A DNA stretch of 64,000 nt from the NCBI GenBank assembly GCA_028713995.1, contig JAQTNF010000008.1:450-64449 (forward strand), read 5' to 3'. A model generated the notes under the pieces. It worked only from the letters and a program-made list of their open reading frames with translations, was not told the DNA's origin and did no database searches. Positions 39,174 through 50,261 of this stretch are shown here, in pieces; the stretch's first letter is position 1, and each line of letters begins with the position of its first letter. The stretch is from Deltaproteobacteria bacterium. Lineage in GTDB: Bacteria > Myxococcota_A > Polyangia > JAAYKL01. The translations under genes were made by a program, and so were the position numbers.

Positions 39174-39671
39174 TTACAAACGCAGCATCATGACGAGGGC
39201 GTCCTCGCCGTTGTCCGAGTAGTAGCGGCGCCTGACCATGATCTCGTGGAACCCCACGCGGCGGTAGAGATCCTGCGCCGCGTTGTTGGACACCCGAACC
39301 TCGAGCAGCACCTCGATCCGGCCCTCCATGCGCGCCTCGGCCAGGAGGTGGTCGACCAGCATGCGCCCGAGGCCCCTGCGCCGCCACCTCGGGTGCACGG
39401 CGAGGTTGAGCAGGTGCAGCTCGGTCGACACGACCCAGTAGACCATGAACGCGACCGGCCTGTTCTGGGACGAGGCCACCACCACGCGCGACCAGCTGCG
39501 CTCGGCGATCTCCTCGGCCAGCACCTCCCGCGGCCAGGGCGCGGCGAAGCAGGCGTGCTCGATCTCGCAGATCCCGTCGAGGTCGTGCAGGCTCCCGCGC
39601 CTGACCGACACGGCCCGCACCTTCCCGGGCGCGGAGGCTTGGAAGTCTTCCGGTTCGATTGCCGGGTCCAT
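39174..39671 (-). CDS. rimI: Ribosomal protein S18-alanine N-acetyltransferase
   Basis: IEHACF..PW, ELHLLNLAVHP.WRRRGLG, LEVRVSN..AQ.LY...GF...RRRYYSDNGEDALVM. Confidence 0.88.
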   Translation of the reverse strand: MDPAIEPEDFQASAPGKVRAVSVRRGSLHDLDGICEIEHACFAAPWPREVLAEEIAERSWSRVVVASSQNRPVAFMVYWVVSTELHLLNLAVHPRWRRRGLGRMLVDHLLAEARMEGRIEVLLEVRVSNNAAQDLYRRVGFHEIMVRRRYYSDNGEDALVMMLRL

Positions 39672-39688
39672 GGCGAGCCTCGCCGCCT

Positions 39689-40465
39689 TTACCTCTGGCG
39701 CCGAAAGCCCCTGCGGCTGCGCAGGAACTCGAGGAAGGTCACGACCGTGGAGAGCTCGCGGGACGGGACGAGATCCACGAGCTCGTGCGCCGCAGCGCGC
39801 AGATCCGCGCCGTCGTACCGCGGCCTCGGGCTTTCGTCCTCCCGGCCCGGCTTCTCGCCCTCGGCTTCCTGTCCGCCGGACTCCCACGGCGGCGTGTTGG
39901 TGGGCCCGATGCGCTTGGCCGCGAGCCATTCGGTCATGTGGGCGCGCAGCTTGGTGGAGCGCTTGACGAACCACCGCTCGCGCTCGACCGGATAGCCGAC
40001 GAGCACGTCCTTGAACCTGCGGAACGCGCCCTTGCCGTCGATGGCGATGTTGAGCTTCTCCTTGAGCCCCGCGTCCTCCACGATCTCGATGAACTCCTCC
40101 ATCCACCTATATTGCTCGCGCGACGAGATGGGCTCGATGTAGACGAAGTCGGCGCTGGCCTCGATCTCCTTCATGCGCGTGTCCGCGTTGTCGCTGCCCT
40201 GGAAGACCCGGATCACGTCTCCGGTGATCTTGTTCAGGAAGCTGTGGAGCTCGGGCGAGTTGTTCTCGAGCGCGCCCTCGAGCTCCACCCAATCCACCGA
40301 CACGTGCACCATGGGGCCGTCGACGGGCGGGGGCGCGTCCGGCCGCTCCTTGCCTTCGTCTTCCATCTCGCTGCGCCAGTCCGTCTCGTCCGGATCGAGA
40401 TCCCTCGCCGATCGCGCCCCTGTCGCCTCGTCGGGGCGCTCGGCACTGTCGAATTTGTCGTCCAT
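39689..40465 (-). CDS. UPF0158 family protein
   Basis: VDWVELEGALE, YRWMEEF, AIDGKGAFRRFKDVL, RERWF; GGAGAAGGAG RBS. Confidence 0.8.
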   Translation of the reverse strand: MDDKFDSAERPDEATGARSARDLDPDETDWRSEMEDEGKERPDAPPPVDGPMVHVSVDWVELEGALENNSPELHSFLNKITGDVIRVFQGSDNADTRMKEIEASADFVYIEPISSREQYRWMEEFIEIVEDAGLKEKLNIAIDGKGAFRRFKDVLVGYPVERERWFVKRSTKLRAHMTEWLAAKRIGPTNTPPWESGGQEAEGEKPGREDESPRPRYDGADLRAAAHELVDLVPSRELSTVVTFLEFLRSRRGFRRQR

Positions 40466-40588
40466 GACTCCTTCTCCGAATCCAAGCCTAAACAAGCATC
40501 CCGCTGCATGCGGGAAACGCTGGAACCCCGTCGCACCGCAGCGGGCCCGAGGCTCGCCACGACGCCGCCTCGACGAGGGACAGCTCGG

Positions 40589-40617
40589 ATCTTACCGGCA
40601 ATCCTCACCCTTGACAA
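40589..40617 (-). promoter_or_regulatory. Sigma70-type promoter for the UPF0158-rimI operon
   Basis: Minus strand TTGTCA-N17-TAAGAT. Confidence 0.6.
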
Positions 40618-40650
40618 CCGCGGCGGTCCGGCGGCGGTCCGGCCGGCTCC

Positions 40651-41340
40651 TCACACGAGCTTGTAGCCGTGGCCGTAGACCGTGACGATGTGGCGCGGGG
40701 TCTGCGGATCGGGCTCGAGCTTGCGCCGCAGCTTGAGGATGAAGTTGTCCACGGTGCGGTTGGTGGGGCTCTCGTCGATGCCCCAGACCGTGTCCAGGAT
40801 CTGGTCGCGCGAGACCACCTCGCCGCGGTGCTCGTCGAGGAGCTGCAGGATCGAGGCCTCGTAGAACCCGAGCTGGACCACGCGGCCCTTGATGCTCGCC
40901 GTGCGCGCCTCCACGTTCACGACGGCCTCGCCGACCGCGATCTCGGAAGACGGACGCGCGATCGCCGCGGCCGACCGGCGGAAGATGGTGCGCACGCGGG
41001 CGAGGAGCTCGCCCAGGGAGAACGGCTTGGTCACGTAGTCGTCCGCGCCCGCCTCGAGCCCCCGGATGATGTCCGCCTCGAGGGACCTCGCGGAGAGGAT
41101 GAGGATGGGCACGACCTTGTCGCGCCTGCGGACCTGCTCGCAGATCTTGTAGCCGTTGGTGTCGGGCAGCATGAGATCGAGGATGATGAGATCCGGGTGC
41201 AGATCCGCGGCCATCGAGATGCCCTTCTCTCCCGTCGGGGCGGCCACGACCTCGAAGCCCTCGAACGAGAACGCCTCCTTGAGGCCGAGCACGATGTCTT
41301 CCTCGTCCTCGATGACGAGGATGCGGCGCTTGGCGTCCAT
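40651..41340 (-). CDS. OmpR-family response regulator (orphan)
   Basis: ILVIEDEE, DLMLP, GADDYVTKPFS, RTVDNFILKLRRKLE, TVYGHGY; no adjacent kinase. Confidence 0.9.
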   Translation of the reverse strand: MDAKRRILVIEDEEDIVLGLKEAFSFEGFEVVAAPTGEKGISMAADLHPDLIILDLMLPDTNGYKICEQVRRRDKVVPILILSARSLEADIIRGLEAGADDYVTKPFSLGELLARVRTIFRRSAAAIARPSSEIAVGEAVVNVEARTASIKGRVVQLGFYEASILQLLDEHRGEVVSRDQILDTVWGIDESPTNRTVDNFILKLRRKLEPDPQTPRHIVTVYGHGYKLV

Positions 41341-41391
41341 GCCGACAGACACTACCAGAGCCTCCGGGAGTGGTCCACACGGGAGGGGCCG

Positions 41392-43035
41392 TCACCTGGC
41401 TCCATACGCGTCGAGGAGCGCTGCCGGGATGGCGTCCGCGCCCGCGATCCGGCCGTACACGGACGCGGAGAGCTTCGGCGCGCGGGCCTTCGACGGATCG
41501 AGCGGGTCGACCGCGAAGAGACCGAAGCGCAGGCTCGTGCCGTGGTTCCACTCGTAGTTGTCCATGAGCGACCAGTGGAAGTACCCGCGCACGTCCGCGC
41601 CCTCCTCCATGGCCTCATGGAGCGCCGCGAGGTGCCGCACGAGGAAGCGCGGGCCCGTCCCGTCCCCCTTCGGATCGTCCACGCCGCACTCGGTGATGTA
41701 GACGGGCAGGCCGTATCCCGCGGCGAAGAGCACCGCCTCGCGCATGCCGCCGGGATCGGTCGCGAAGGACACAGGGACGAAGTCGAGCAGCGCGTACTTG
41801 AGGAACACCGGGATGACCGTGCCCTTCACGGTCGTGCGGAAGTAGTAGTTGACGCCCAGGAAGTCCATGCGCCCGGCGAGGTCGTCGCGGTGCTCCTCGA
41901 TGACGCCGTCCAGGTTCGTGTCGAGATCGCCGAGGATCGTCCCGTCGAGGATGACGCGATTGTAGAGCCTGAACGCGTGCTTGGCGCCGGTCACGTCCGC
42001 GGAATTGGCCGGGTTCTTCGGGGAGAACACGCTCACCGCGTGCACGAGCCCCACCAGCGCCGCTGCGCCGTCCCCGTCAGCGTCCACGGTGTCTGCCTCG
42101 TGGATCGCGTCGTAGATCCACGCGTGGGCCTCGATCATGGCGAGCAGGGCCGCGACCGCCCGGTCCGCGTCCAGGGACAGGCCCGGCGGGTTGGTGCGGT
42201 CCGCGGACGGGAAGAGGAACCCCGCGATGACCACGGCGAGCGGCTCGTTGAGCGTGGCCCACAGGTCCACCTCGGCGCCGAACTCGCGCGCGACGAAGCG
42301 TGCATACTTTGCCATTTCGCGGATGAGGGCTTGCGCGTCGAGCCATCCCGCGGGCGAGCACGTGGCGGGCTTGGCGTGACAGGCCTTCCCGTCGTGGAGC
42401 CACAGGGGAAGGGTGTAGTGGTGCAGCGTCACGAGGGGCTTGAGGCCGTGCGCGGCGAGGGCCGCGAGCACCTCGTGGACATGGGCGACGTAAGCGGGAT
42501 CGGTGAGGGCCGCGACCTCCTCGTCCGTGGTCGCCGCCGCGGTCGACGTCGGGAACAGACGGCTCCACTCGAGCGAGAACCGCAAGGCGTTGTTCTCGAG
42601 CGTGTCGCGGGCGAGCGCGAAGTCCTCGGCGAAGACCTCGTAGTGCCCGGGCCCGTGTGCGATGGGCTCGCCGCTCAGGTGGTTGCCCTTCTCGGCCACG
42701 AGCTTGGGATCGGTGACCCACTGGTACCAGTCGGAGCCGCGATCCTCGCACAGCTCGGACGCGAGCGTCGGGCAGCCGGGATCGACCTGGAACCCGGCCA
42801 CGGCCGTGCCCCACAGGAAGCCCTCCGGGAACGCGAGGTCGCCGCTGTCCGGGCCGCCGTCCGGGCCGCCGTCCGCAAGGCCGCCGTCGTCCGCACCGCT
42901 GTCCGGGGTTGCGCCGTCGGGGATTGCGCTGTCGACCCCGCCCTTCCCCGCTCCGCCGCACCCGGCGAGCGCCCCGAGCAGCGGCAAGAAGAGCGCCGCG
43001 ACGGGAGCGCGGTGGAATCCGAGACGTCGCGTCAT
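41392..43035 (-). CDS. Glycoside hydrolase family 1 lipoprotein (beta-glycosidase)
   Basis: LAG-C lipobox; FPEGFLWGTAVAGFQV, RFSLEWSR, TLHHYTLP, TLNEP (acid/base), ITECG (nucleophile), WSLMDNYEW. Confidence 0.88.
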   Translation of the reverse strand: MTRRLGFHRAPVAALFLPLLGALAGCGGAGKGGVDSAIPDGATPDSGADDGGLADGGPDGGPDSGDLAFPEGFLWGTAVAGFQVDPGCPTLASELCEDRGSDWYQWVTDPKLVAEKGNHLSGEPIAHGPGHYEVFAEDFALARDTLENNALRFSLEWSRLFPTSTAAATTDEEVAALTDPAYVAHVHEVLAALAAHGLKPLVTLHHYTLPLWLHDGKACHAKPATCSPAGWLDAQALIREMAKYARFVAREFGAEVDLWATLNEPLAVVIAGFLFPSADRTNPPGLSLDADRAVAALLAMIEAHAWIYDAIHEADTVDADGDGAAALVGLVHAVSVFSPKNPANSADVTGAKHAFRLYNRVILDGTILGDLDTNLDGVIEEHRDDLAGRMDFLGVNYYFRTTVKGTVIPVFLKYALLDFVPVSFATDPGGMREAVLFAAGYGLPVYITECGVDDPKGDGTGPRFLVRHLAALHEAMEEGADVRGYFHWSLMDNYEWNHGTSLRFGLFAVDPLDPSKARAPKLSASVYGRIAGADAIPAALLDAYGAR

Positions 43036-43109
43036 GCTTCGTGTGCCTCCCGGCCGGGTGCTCCGAGCGCGACCCTATAGCCCGGAAACGCGGTCCGCGC
43101 CATAGGGGC

Positions 43110-45491
43110 CTACTTCTTGGGCTTATCGGACTTGTCGGACCTGTCGGACTTGTCCGCCTTCTTGATCTCGGCAGGTTTCTTGGCCTCGGCGGGCTTGGCC
43201 GGCGCGACCTGCGCCTTGGTGTCCTTGGGCGCGGCCGTGTCCGTGTCCTCGGGTCCGGCGTCGGCGCCGCCCGTCTTCCAGCCCGGCGGGAGGAACTTGG
43301 CGTCCGGCCCGTACTCCTCGTCCGGCTTGGGCATGTACGTCTCGATGGGCGTGTGCTGCGCGCCCCGGATGCGCCCGGTCAGCACGTCCACGGGCAGGGG
43401 CTCGACGAGCTCGTACTTGTAGCCCTTGGACTCGAGCGAGATCGTGTAGGTCTCACCATCCTTCTCGAACTTGGTGGAGTAGCCGGCCGGCACCTCGCCC
43501 ACTCGCTTGAACGGCCGGTGGCGCAGCACGTAGTCGAACAGCCGGATGGCCAGGTGGTTGTAAAGCCTGTGGCACCCGTGGGAGTGGCGCCGCAGAATGG
43601 ACATATAATCGACCGAGCCGTGGGTGCGGATGCCGTTGTCCCAGTAGTCGGTCTCTCCGTTCCTGCGCGGCACCGGGCGCATGTGGAACCCGGCCACGAG
43701 CCCGTAGGCCGAGGCGTACCACGGCCCGAACTCGTCGTAGTTGGGCACCTTCACCTCGCGGCCTTTGTAGATCACGGATTTGACCATGTCGCCGAGCGGC
43801 GTGGTCTCGGGCGGCAGCCACACCGGCCCGGCGATGACGTCCTTCCACACCCGCGAGCCCACGTCCGAGTTCTTGTACTTGTAGTACTCGTAGCCGTCCG
43901 GTGCGAGCTCCGAGCGCCAGCCGCCGACCGTGGTGTTCATCTTCGCAAGCGGGATATCCTGCCCGTTCCAGCGCACGAACAGGGTCAGCATGGGCATGCG
44001 CTTGCGGGGGAAGACCTTCTCGCGGCCGTCCGGCGCGAACGGGTAGTCGTACCAGATGTCGCCGCGGTCGATGACCGCATGGAGGTCCATCTTTTCGGAA
44101 TAGTACGGCGGCTTGCCGGGCAGGGGCACGGCCACGAACAGCTGGTCGAGCTCCGCGTCGGACCTGCCCTTGAGGAACGCCGCGACCTTGTCCGGCGTGG
44201 TGAGGCCCATGTGCTTGAGGACGAGCGCCGTATCCTCTGCCACCAGGTTCGGCACCGCGTGCACCACGCCTTTCTCGTCCTTGTAGACGGCCTTCTCGCC
44301 CTCGAGCCCCTCGGCCGTGCCGTCCTCGATGATCCCGGCCGCGTCGGCCACGCGCTCGTTCAGCACGCGCAGGAAGGCGTCGTAGAAGCGCTCGGCCGGC
44401 GTGCGCTTGAGCGCGTCGAGCGTCTCCTTGCCGAAGAAGCCCCAGCCGAACACACGGTTCTTGCGCTCGAACTCCGAGATGGCCTGGTGCGTTTTCCAGT
44501 CGAGCCCCCCCGCGTGGTAGTTCTTTTCCGATCCCGGCGCGAAGAGCCCCTCGCACACGAGCATCTTCTGGGCCGCGGCGATCGCCTCGTGGCGCACGGC
44601 GATGTTGACGAGGCTCTCGGCCATCTTGGCCTCGGGCATCTTCGGAAGCTGCAGCGGATCGGTGACCCCCAGCTTCTCCATGGTCGCGCGCATCTTGCGG
44701 TCCATGGTGCGGCCGCGCTCGGCCATCTCCTCGGCGGCCGGGATGTTGGTGTAGGTGACGAACCCGTCGAAGCGGCGGATGGCGTCCATGTCCACGTCCG
44801 CGAGGCACGGCCGCGTGAGCTCCTCCTGCGCGCGGCGCTTGAGCACCGAGAGCGACGGCGGGATGCCGTAGACCTCCAGGAAGCGCTCCGCGTCGCCCGG
44901 GCCGCCCGCGGGCACGCCGCCGTCGGTCTCGACCGGCTTGGCCTCGGCCTGCGCGGTGTCCACGGGGCCGCCGTCGGCCTTCAGCTCGCCCATGGCCTTC
45001 TTGATGTCCTCGTCCGAGAGTCCCTGCTGCTTGAGCTCGAAGATCCTGGCGTTGCGCGCCCTCTCGACGCCCTTCTCCACGATCTCGCGCGCCGCGGCCA
45101 TGGTGCGCGACTCGTAGTGCCAGGCGTTGGCGAGCTTGCGGAAGATGGGGCGGAAGTCGTTCTTGAGCCTGGGCGCGTCCGGCGCGTCCTGCTCCGAGAA
45201 GATGTAGGGGACCCAGAAGTTGGACAGGTCGATGACCGTGAGGCCCTGCGCCCTGGCCTCGTTCTCGGTGGAGGGCGTGGCGACGCCGTCCTTGTAGATC
45301 GTGAGCTTGCGGCCGCCGGGCGGCGGCGGAGGGGGCTCGGCGTCGTGATCCACGCCCGCGTCCGATTTGACGACGGGCTTGGCCACGCGCTGCCGGCCGT
45401 TTTGCCCCTCGTCCTTGTTCCCGCCGCAGCCCGCCCAGAGCAGCGCGAGCGCGCAGACGAGCCAAACTCTCTTCAAAACGATACGTTTCAT
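43110..45491 (-). CDS. Large lipoprotein with C-terminal L,D-transpeptidase (YkuD) domain
   Basis: WAG-C lipobox; NTTVGG, GPVWLPP, GIRTHGS..SHGCHRL catalytic motif; central TxxAIxxFERKN resembles a PG-binding domain. Confidence 0.78.
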   Translation of the reverse strand: MKRIVLKRVWLVCALALLWAGCGGNKDEGQNGRQRVAKPVVKSDAGVDHDAEPPPPPPGGRKLTIYKDGVATPSTENEARAQGLTVIDLSNFWVPYIFSEQDAPDAPRLKNDFRPIFRKLANAWHYESRTMAAAREIVEKGVERARNARIFELKQQGLSDEDIKKAMGELKADGGPVDTAQAEAKPVETDGGVPAGGPGDAERFLEVYGIPPSLSVLKRRAQEELTRPCLADVDMDAIRRFDGFVTYTNIPAAEEMAERGRTMDRKMRATMEKLGVTDPLQLPKMPEAKMAESLVNIAVRHEAIAAAQKMLVCEGLFAPGSEKNYHAGGLDWKTHQAISEFERKNRVFGWGFFGKETLDALKRTPAERFYDAFLRVLNERVADAAGIIEDGTAEGLEGEKAVYKDEKGVVHAVPNLVAEDTALVLKHMGLTTPDKVAAFLKGRSDAELDQLFVAVPLPGKPPYYSEKMDLHAVIDRGDIWYDYPFAPDGREKVFPRKRMPMLTLFVRWNGQDIPLAKMNTTVGGWRSELAPDGYEYYKYKNSDVGSRVWKDVIAGPVWLPPETTPLGDMVKSVIYKGREVKVPNYDEFGPWYASAYGLVAGFHMRPVPRRNGETDYWDNGIRTHGSVDYMSILRRHSHGCHRLYNHLAIRLFDYVLRHRPFKRVGEVPAGYSTKFEKDGETYTISLESKGYKYELVEPLPVDVLTGRIRGAQHTPIETYMPKPDEEYGPDAKFLPPGWKTGGADAGPEDTDTAAPKDTKAQVAPAKPAEAKKPAEIKKADKSDRSDKSDKPKK

Positions 45492-45639
45492 GATCCGGAC
45501 TCTATCGAGCGCTTCTACGCGACTCAAATTATTGGGGTGCGGCGGATCGAGCGCCGCGGCCCTCGGTGCGTGCAACGCGCGAAGGTCGGGCGGTCATGCC
45601 CAAACCAACCAATCGGGCGGAAACGTGCGGGGCCACCCC

Positions 45640-45668
45640 TTGACGGAATACACATATATGTGTAAACT
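45640..45668 (+). promoter_or_regulatory. hicAB promoter with 16-bp palindromic operator
   Basis: TTGACG-N17-TAAACT; perfect palindrome TACACATATATGTGTA at 45649-45664. Confidence 0.8.
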
Positions 45669-45674
45669 GGCTCA

Positions 45675-45854
45675 ATGAAGCGGCGCGACCTCGAAAAGAA
45701 GCTCACTGATTTCGGATGGTGGTTGAAGCGCCACGGAGGCAGGCACGATTACTGGACCAACGGGTCGGACGAGGAGGCGGTTCCGCGACACAACGAGATC
45801 AACGAGAACCTGGCGAGGAAGATTCTCAGGGCCGCGGAACCGAGGAGGAAGTAG
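45675..45854 (+). CDS. hicA: Type II toxin HicA (59 aa, absent from the ORF track)
   Basis: MKRRDLEKKLTDFGWWLKRHGGRHDYWTNGSDEEAVPRHNEINENLARKILR: RHGGRHD and VPRH motifs. Confidence 0.9.
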   Translation: MKRRDLEKKLTDFGWWLKRHGGRHDYWTNGSDEEAVPRHNEINENLARKILRAAEPRRK

Positions 45855-45857
45855 GAC

Positions 45858-46274
45858 ATGCGATTCAAGGGCAGGTTGTGGAAGGACGGCGGCTTCTGGC
45901 TCGTCGAGGTGCCCGCGCTCGACGTGATGACCCAGGGGCGAACGAAGCGCGAAGCCGTCGAGATGGTCGCGGACGCGATCGAAGGCTATGTCGACCGGCG
46001 GGGATTCAAGGTCGACGTGTTCCAGGGGGCGAACGGAGACGTCGAGGTGGGCTCGAAGGACGCGGCCGCGCTCACGGCGCTGTTCCTGCGGCGCAGGCGG
46101 CAGGCCAGCGGGCTGACGCTGGCCGAGGTCGCCGAGCGGCTCGGGGCGCGCTCGCACAACGCGTACGCACGCTACGAGCAGGGCAAGTCGGTCCCGACGG
46201 TCGAGAAGCTGGCGCAGCTCCTAGCCGCGGTGGATCGTGGGCACGATGTGGTCTTCGGAATGAGCGGGGCGTAG
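45858..46274 (+). CDS. hicB: Type II antitoxin HicB with C-terminal HTH
   Basis: WLVEVPALDVMTQGRTKREAVEMVADAI; GLTLAEVAERLG..YARYEQG. Confidence 0.88.
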   Translation: MRFKGRLWKDGGFWLVEVPALDVMTQGRTKREAVEMVADAIEGYVDRRGFKVDVFQGANGDVEVGSKDAAALTALFLRRRRQASGLTLAEVAERLGARSHNAYARYEQGKSVPTVEKLAQLLAAVDRGHDVVFGMSGA

Positions 46275-46459
46275 TGTTTCTATGTCGCATAGCTGGCCCC
46301 GAACCGAGACTCATTCATGCGGTACAGGTTGGCGTCGAAACCCACATCTCGACACCGTTGGGTGTGGAAACGGAATACCCAGTTCCGATCGTCAGTGGTT
46401 TTCTCGGACTGCGGATCTGAAGACATAGGGAAGGCCGACAGCCTCTGCCAGGGCCCAGG

Positions 46460-46488
46460 TTGAAAACCCGGAGTTTCGACCCTATGCT
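46460..46488 (+). promoter_or_regulatory. Sigma70-type promoter for korAB
   Basis: TTGAAA-N17-TATGCT, followed by GAGGAGG RBS. Confidence 0.6.
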
Positions 46489-46518
46489 TCCTGCAACATC
46501 GATTGGCGAGGAGGCGGA

Positions 46519-48233
<1,715 letters not shown>

Positions 48234-48237
<4 letters not shown>

Positions 48238-49094
48238 GCGGCGACGGGATCGGGATCGCGAGCCACACGTCCTGGTGTCCGGGGTGCGGCAACTTCGGGA
48301 TCCTGCGGGCCGAGAAGGCTGCGCTCGACGGGCTCGGGCTTAAGGCGCGCGACGTGCTCCTCGTCTCCGGCATCGGCCAGGCGGCCAAGACGCCGCACTA
48401 CGTGGCCGCGAACGGCCTGTGCGGGCTGCACGGGCGGGCGCTCGCCAACGCGACCGGCGCGAAGCTCGCCAACCACGCGCTCACGGTGCTCGTGCACACG
48501 GGCGACGGCGACTGCCTGGCCGAGGGCGGCAACCACTTCCTGCATGCCGTCCGGCGAAACGTGGACCTCACCTGCATCATCCACATGAACCAGGTCTACG
48601 GCCTCACCCAGGGCCAGGCCGCGCCCACGAGCGATCCGGGCTTCGTGACGAGGACGCAGCCCCACGGCGTCATCTCGGCGCGGGCCAACGCGCTCACGCT
48701 CGCGCTCGCGGCGTCGGGCACGTTCGTGGCCCGCGGGTTCACGGGGAACGAGGAGCACCTTTCCGGCCTCATCCGTAAGGCCATCGAGCACCGCGGGTTC
48801 TCCGTGATCGAGGTCTTGCAGCCGTGCGTGAGCATGAACCACGTCAACACGTTTGCCTGGTACAAGGAGCGCGTCTATGACGTGACGGCCGCGCCGGGCA
48901 CCGATCCCGCCGACCGCAGCGCGGCCTTCGCAAAGGCGCTCGAGTGGGGCGACCGCATTCCGATCGGCGTGCTCTACCGCGAGGAGCGGCCCTGCTTCGA
49001 GGATCTCGTCCCGGTGCTGCGCGGCGGGCCTCTCGTGCGCCAGCCGGCTTTGCAGCCCGAGGTTCTAGAGGCGCTCGTGGACGAGCTGTGTTAG
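48234..49094 (+). CDS. korB: 2-oxoacid:ferredoxin oxidoreductase subunit beta (TPP-binding)
   Basis: WCPGCGNF, SGIGQ, LHGRAL, GDGD, NQVYGLT.GQ, LQPCV. Confidence 0.92.
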
Positions 49095-49122
49095 CTGGGG
49101 ACGGGGATTGACGCGGCCCTCC

Positions 49123-49539
49123 TCATCGCAGTGACCCCGCAATCCGGGACTCCTCCACCTCGCCTTGTAGCAGCTCGACGACCGCGCCCAGCCCGTCGAG
49201 GAAGTAGATCCCGGGCGGCACGACCAACGAACGCAGGGCATCCAGGTCGTTGTAGCGCTTCTCGTCCACGTCGAGATCGATGCGCTCTACCGGCACCCGC
49301 GGGCCGGACGCCAGCACCGACTCGAGCCTGGCCCACATCTTATCGATGCGGGCGCGCGTGCAATCGCACGCATTTTTCTGGCCCACGAACACGATGCGCT
49401 CCACCTTGGGGGCAACGGCCGAGGCCTTGGGCAAGGCGGCCGCGGCCTTGGGCTGCGTCGCAGGGGGAGGCTCGGTCTTCTGGGCGCAGCCGGCAAGGAG
49501 CGCGAACACGAACGCGACGGGCAAGACGATCTTTCTCAT
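49123..49539 (-). CDS. Lipoprotein with thioredoxin-like periplasmic domain (CxC), possible ArsF analogue
   Basis: LAG-C lipobox; IVFVGQKNACDC, VERIDLD; last gene of the ars operon. Confidence 0.6.
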   Translation of the reverse strand: MRKIVLPVAFVFALLAGCAQKTEPPPATQPKAAAALPKASAVAPKVERIVFVGQKNACDCTRARIDKMWARLESVLASGPRVPVERIDLDVDEKRYNDLDALRSLVVPPGIYFLDGLGAVVELLQGEVEESRIAGSLR

Positions 49540-49550
49540 CTCGATGCCTT

Positions 49551-50258
49551 TCATTTGAAGCCCCTGTAGGCGAAATACGCTCCCACGAGCACGATGGCCA
49601 CCCCGGCGCTGCGGCGCAGGACGTCGAGCACGCGGTTCGCACGCCTGTTCTCGATGAGCTTCTTCGCAGCGCCCATGGACGTGCCTGCGACGAGGATCAG
49701 CACGCTGTGGCCGAGGGCGTAGACGAGCAGCAGGAGCCCGCCCCACGCGACCGAGGCGCCCGAGCCTGCGAGGTACGTGAGCAGCACGACCAGGATCGGC
49801 CCGGCGCACGGCGCGGACACGACTCCGAACAGCAGGCCGAGCACGAACGCGCCCACGAAGCCGCGGGTCTTGGGCTGCAGCCGTCCCCCGAGCGACGGGA
49901 TCGGGACCGTGAGCACGCCCATCAGGTGCAGGCCCATCACGGCGCACACGGCAGCCACTATCCAGTTCCATGCGCCCGAGACGTCGCCGTACAACCTGCC
50001 GGCGAGCGCGGCGATCATCCCGAGCGCCGTGAACGTGATGGCCAGGCCGAGGACGAACACGAACGAGAACGAGAGCGCCCGCAGCACGCCGGTCTTCTCA
50101 TCCTTGCGCCCCGCGACGTAGCCCATCATGAGCGGGATCATGGCCAGCACGCACGGGTTCGACGCGGTGAGAATGCCGCCCACGAACACCGCGACGATGG
50201 CGAGCCATGGGTTCGTGTGGACGTAGGTCTGCATGTTGGCGAGGAAGCCGTCGAACAT
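49551..50258 (-). CDS. ccdA: CcdA/DsbD-type transmembrane disulfide shuttle (ArsG-related family)
   Basis: GGILTASNPCVLAMIP and GVVSAPCAGP redox Cys motifs; about 6 TM helices. Confidence 0.82.
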   Translation of the reverse strand: MFDGFLANMQTYVHTNPWLAIVAVFVGGILTASNPCVLAMIPLMMGYVAGRKDEKTGVLRALSFSFVFVLGLAITFTALGMIAALAGRLYGDVSGAWNWIVAAVCAVMGLHLMGVLTVPIPSLGGRLQPKTRGFVGAFVLGLLFGVVSAPCAGPILVVLLTYLAGSGASVAWGGLLLLVYALGHSVLILVAGTSMGAAKKLIENRRANRVLDVLRRSAGVAIVLVGAYFAYRGFK

Positions 50259-50261
50259 GGA

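Noticed and set aside
40620-40641. 11-bp direct repeat GCGGCGGTCCG x2 after the orphan regulator
   Set aside because: Almost pure G/C in a very GC-rich genome; likely chance
46275-46460. Two GAAAC-ending look-alikes (46331-46341, 46361-46371) suggesting a CRISPR remnant
   Set aside because: Only two poorly matching units, spacing too short for repeat plus spacer, no cas genes
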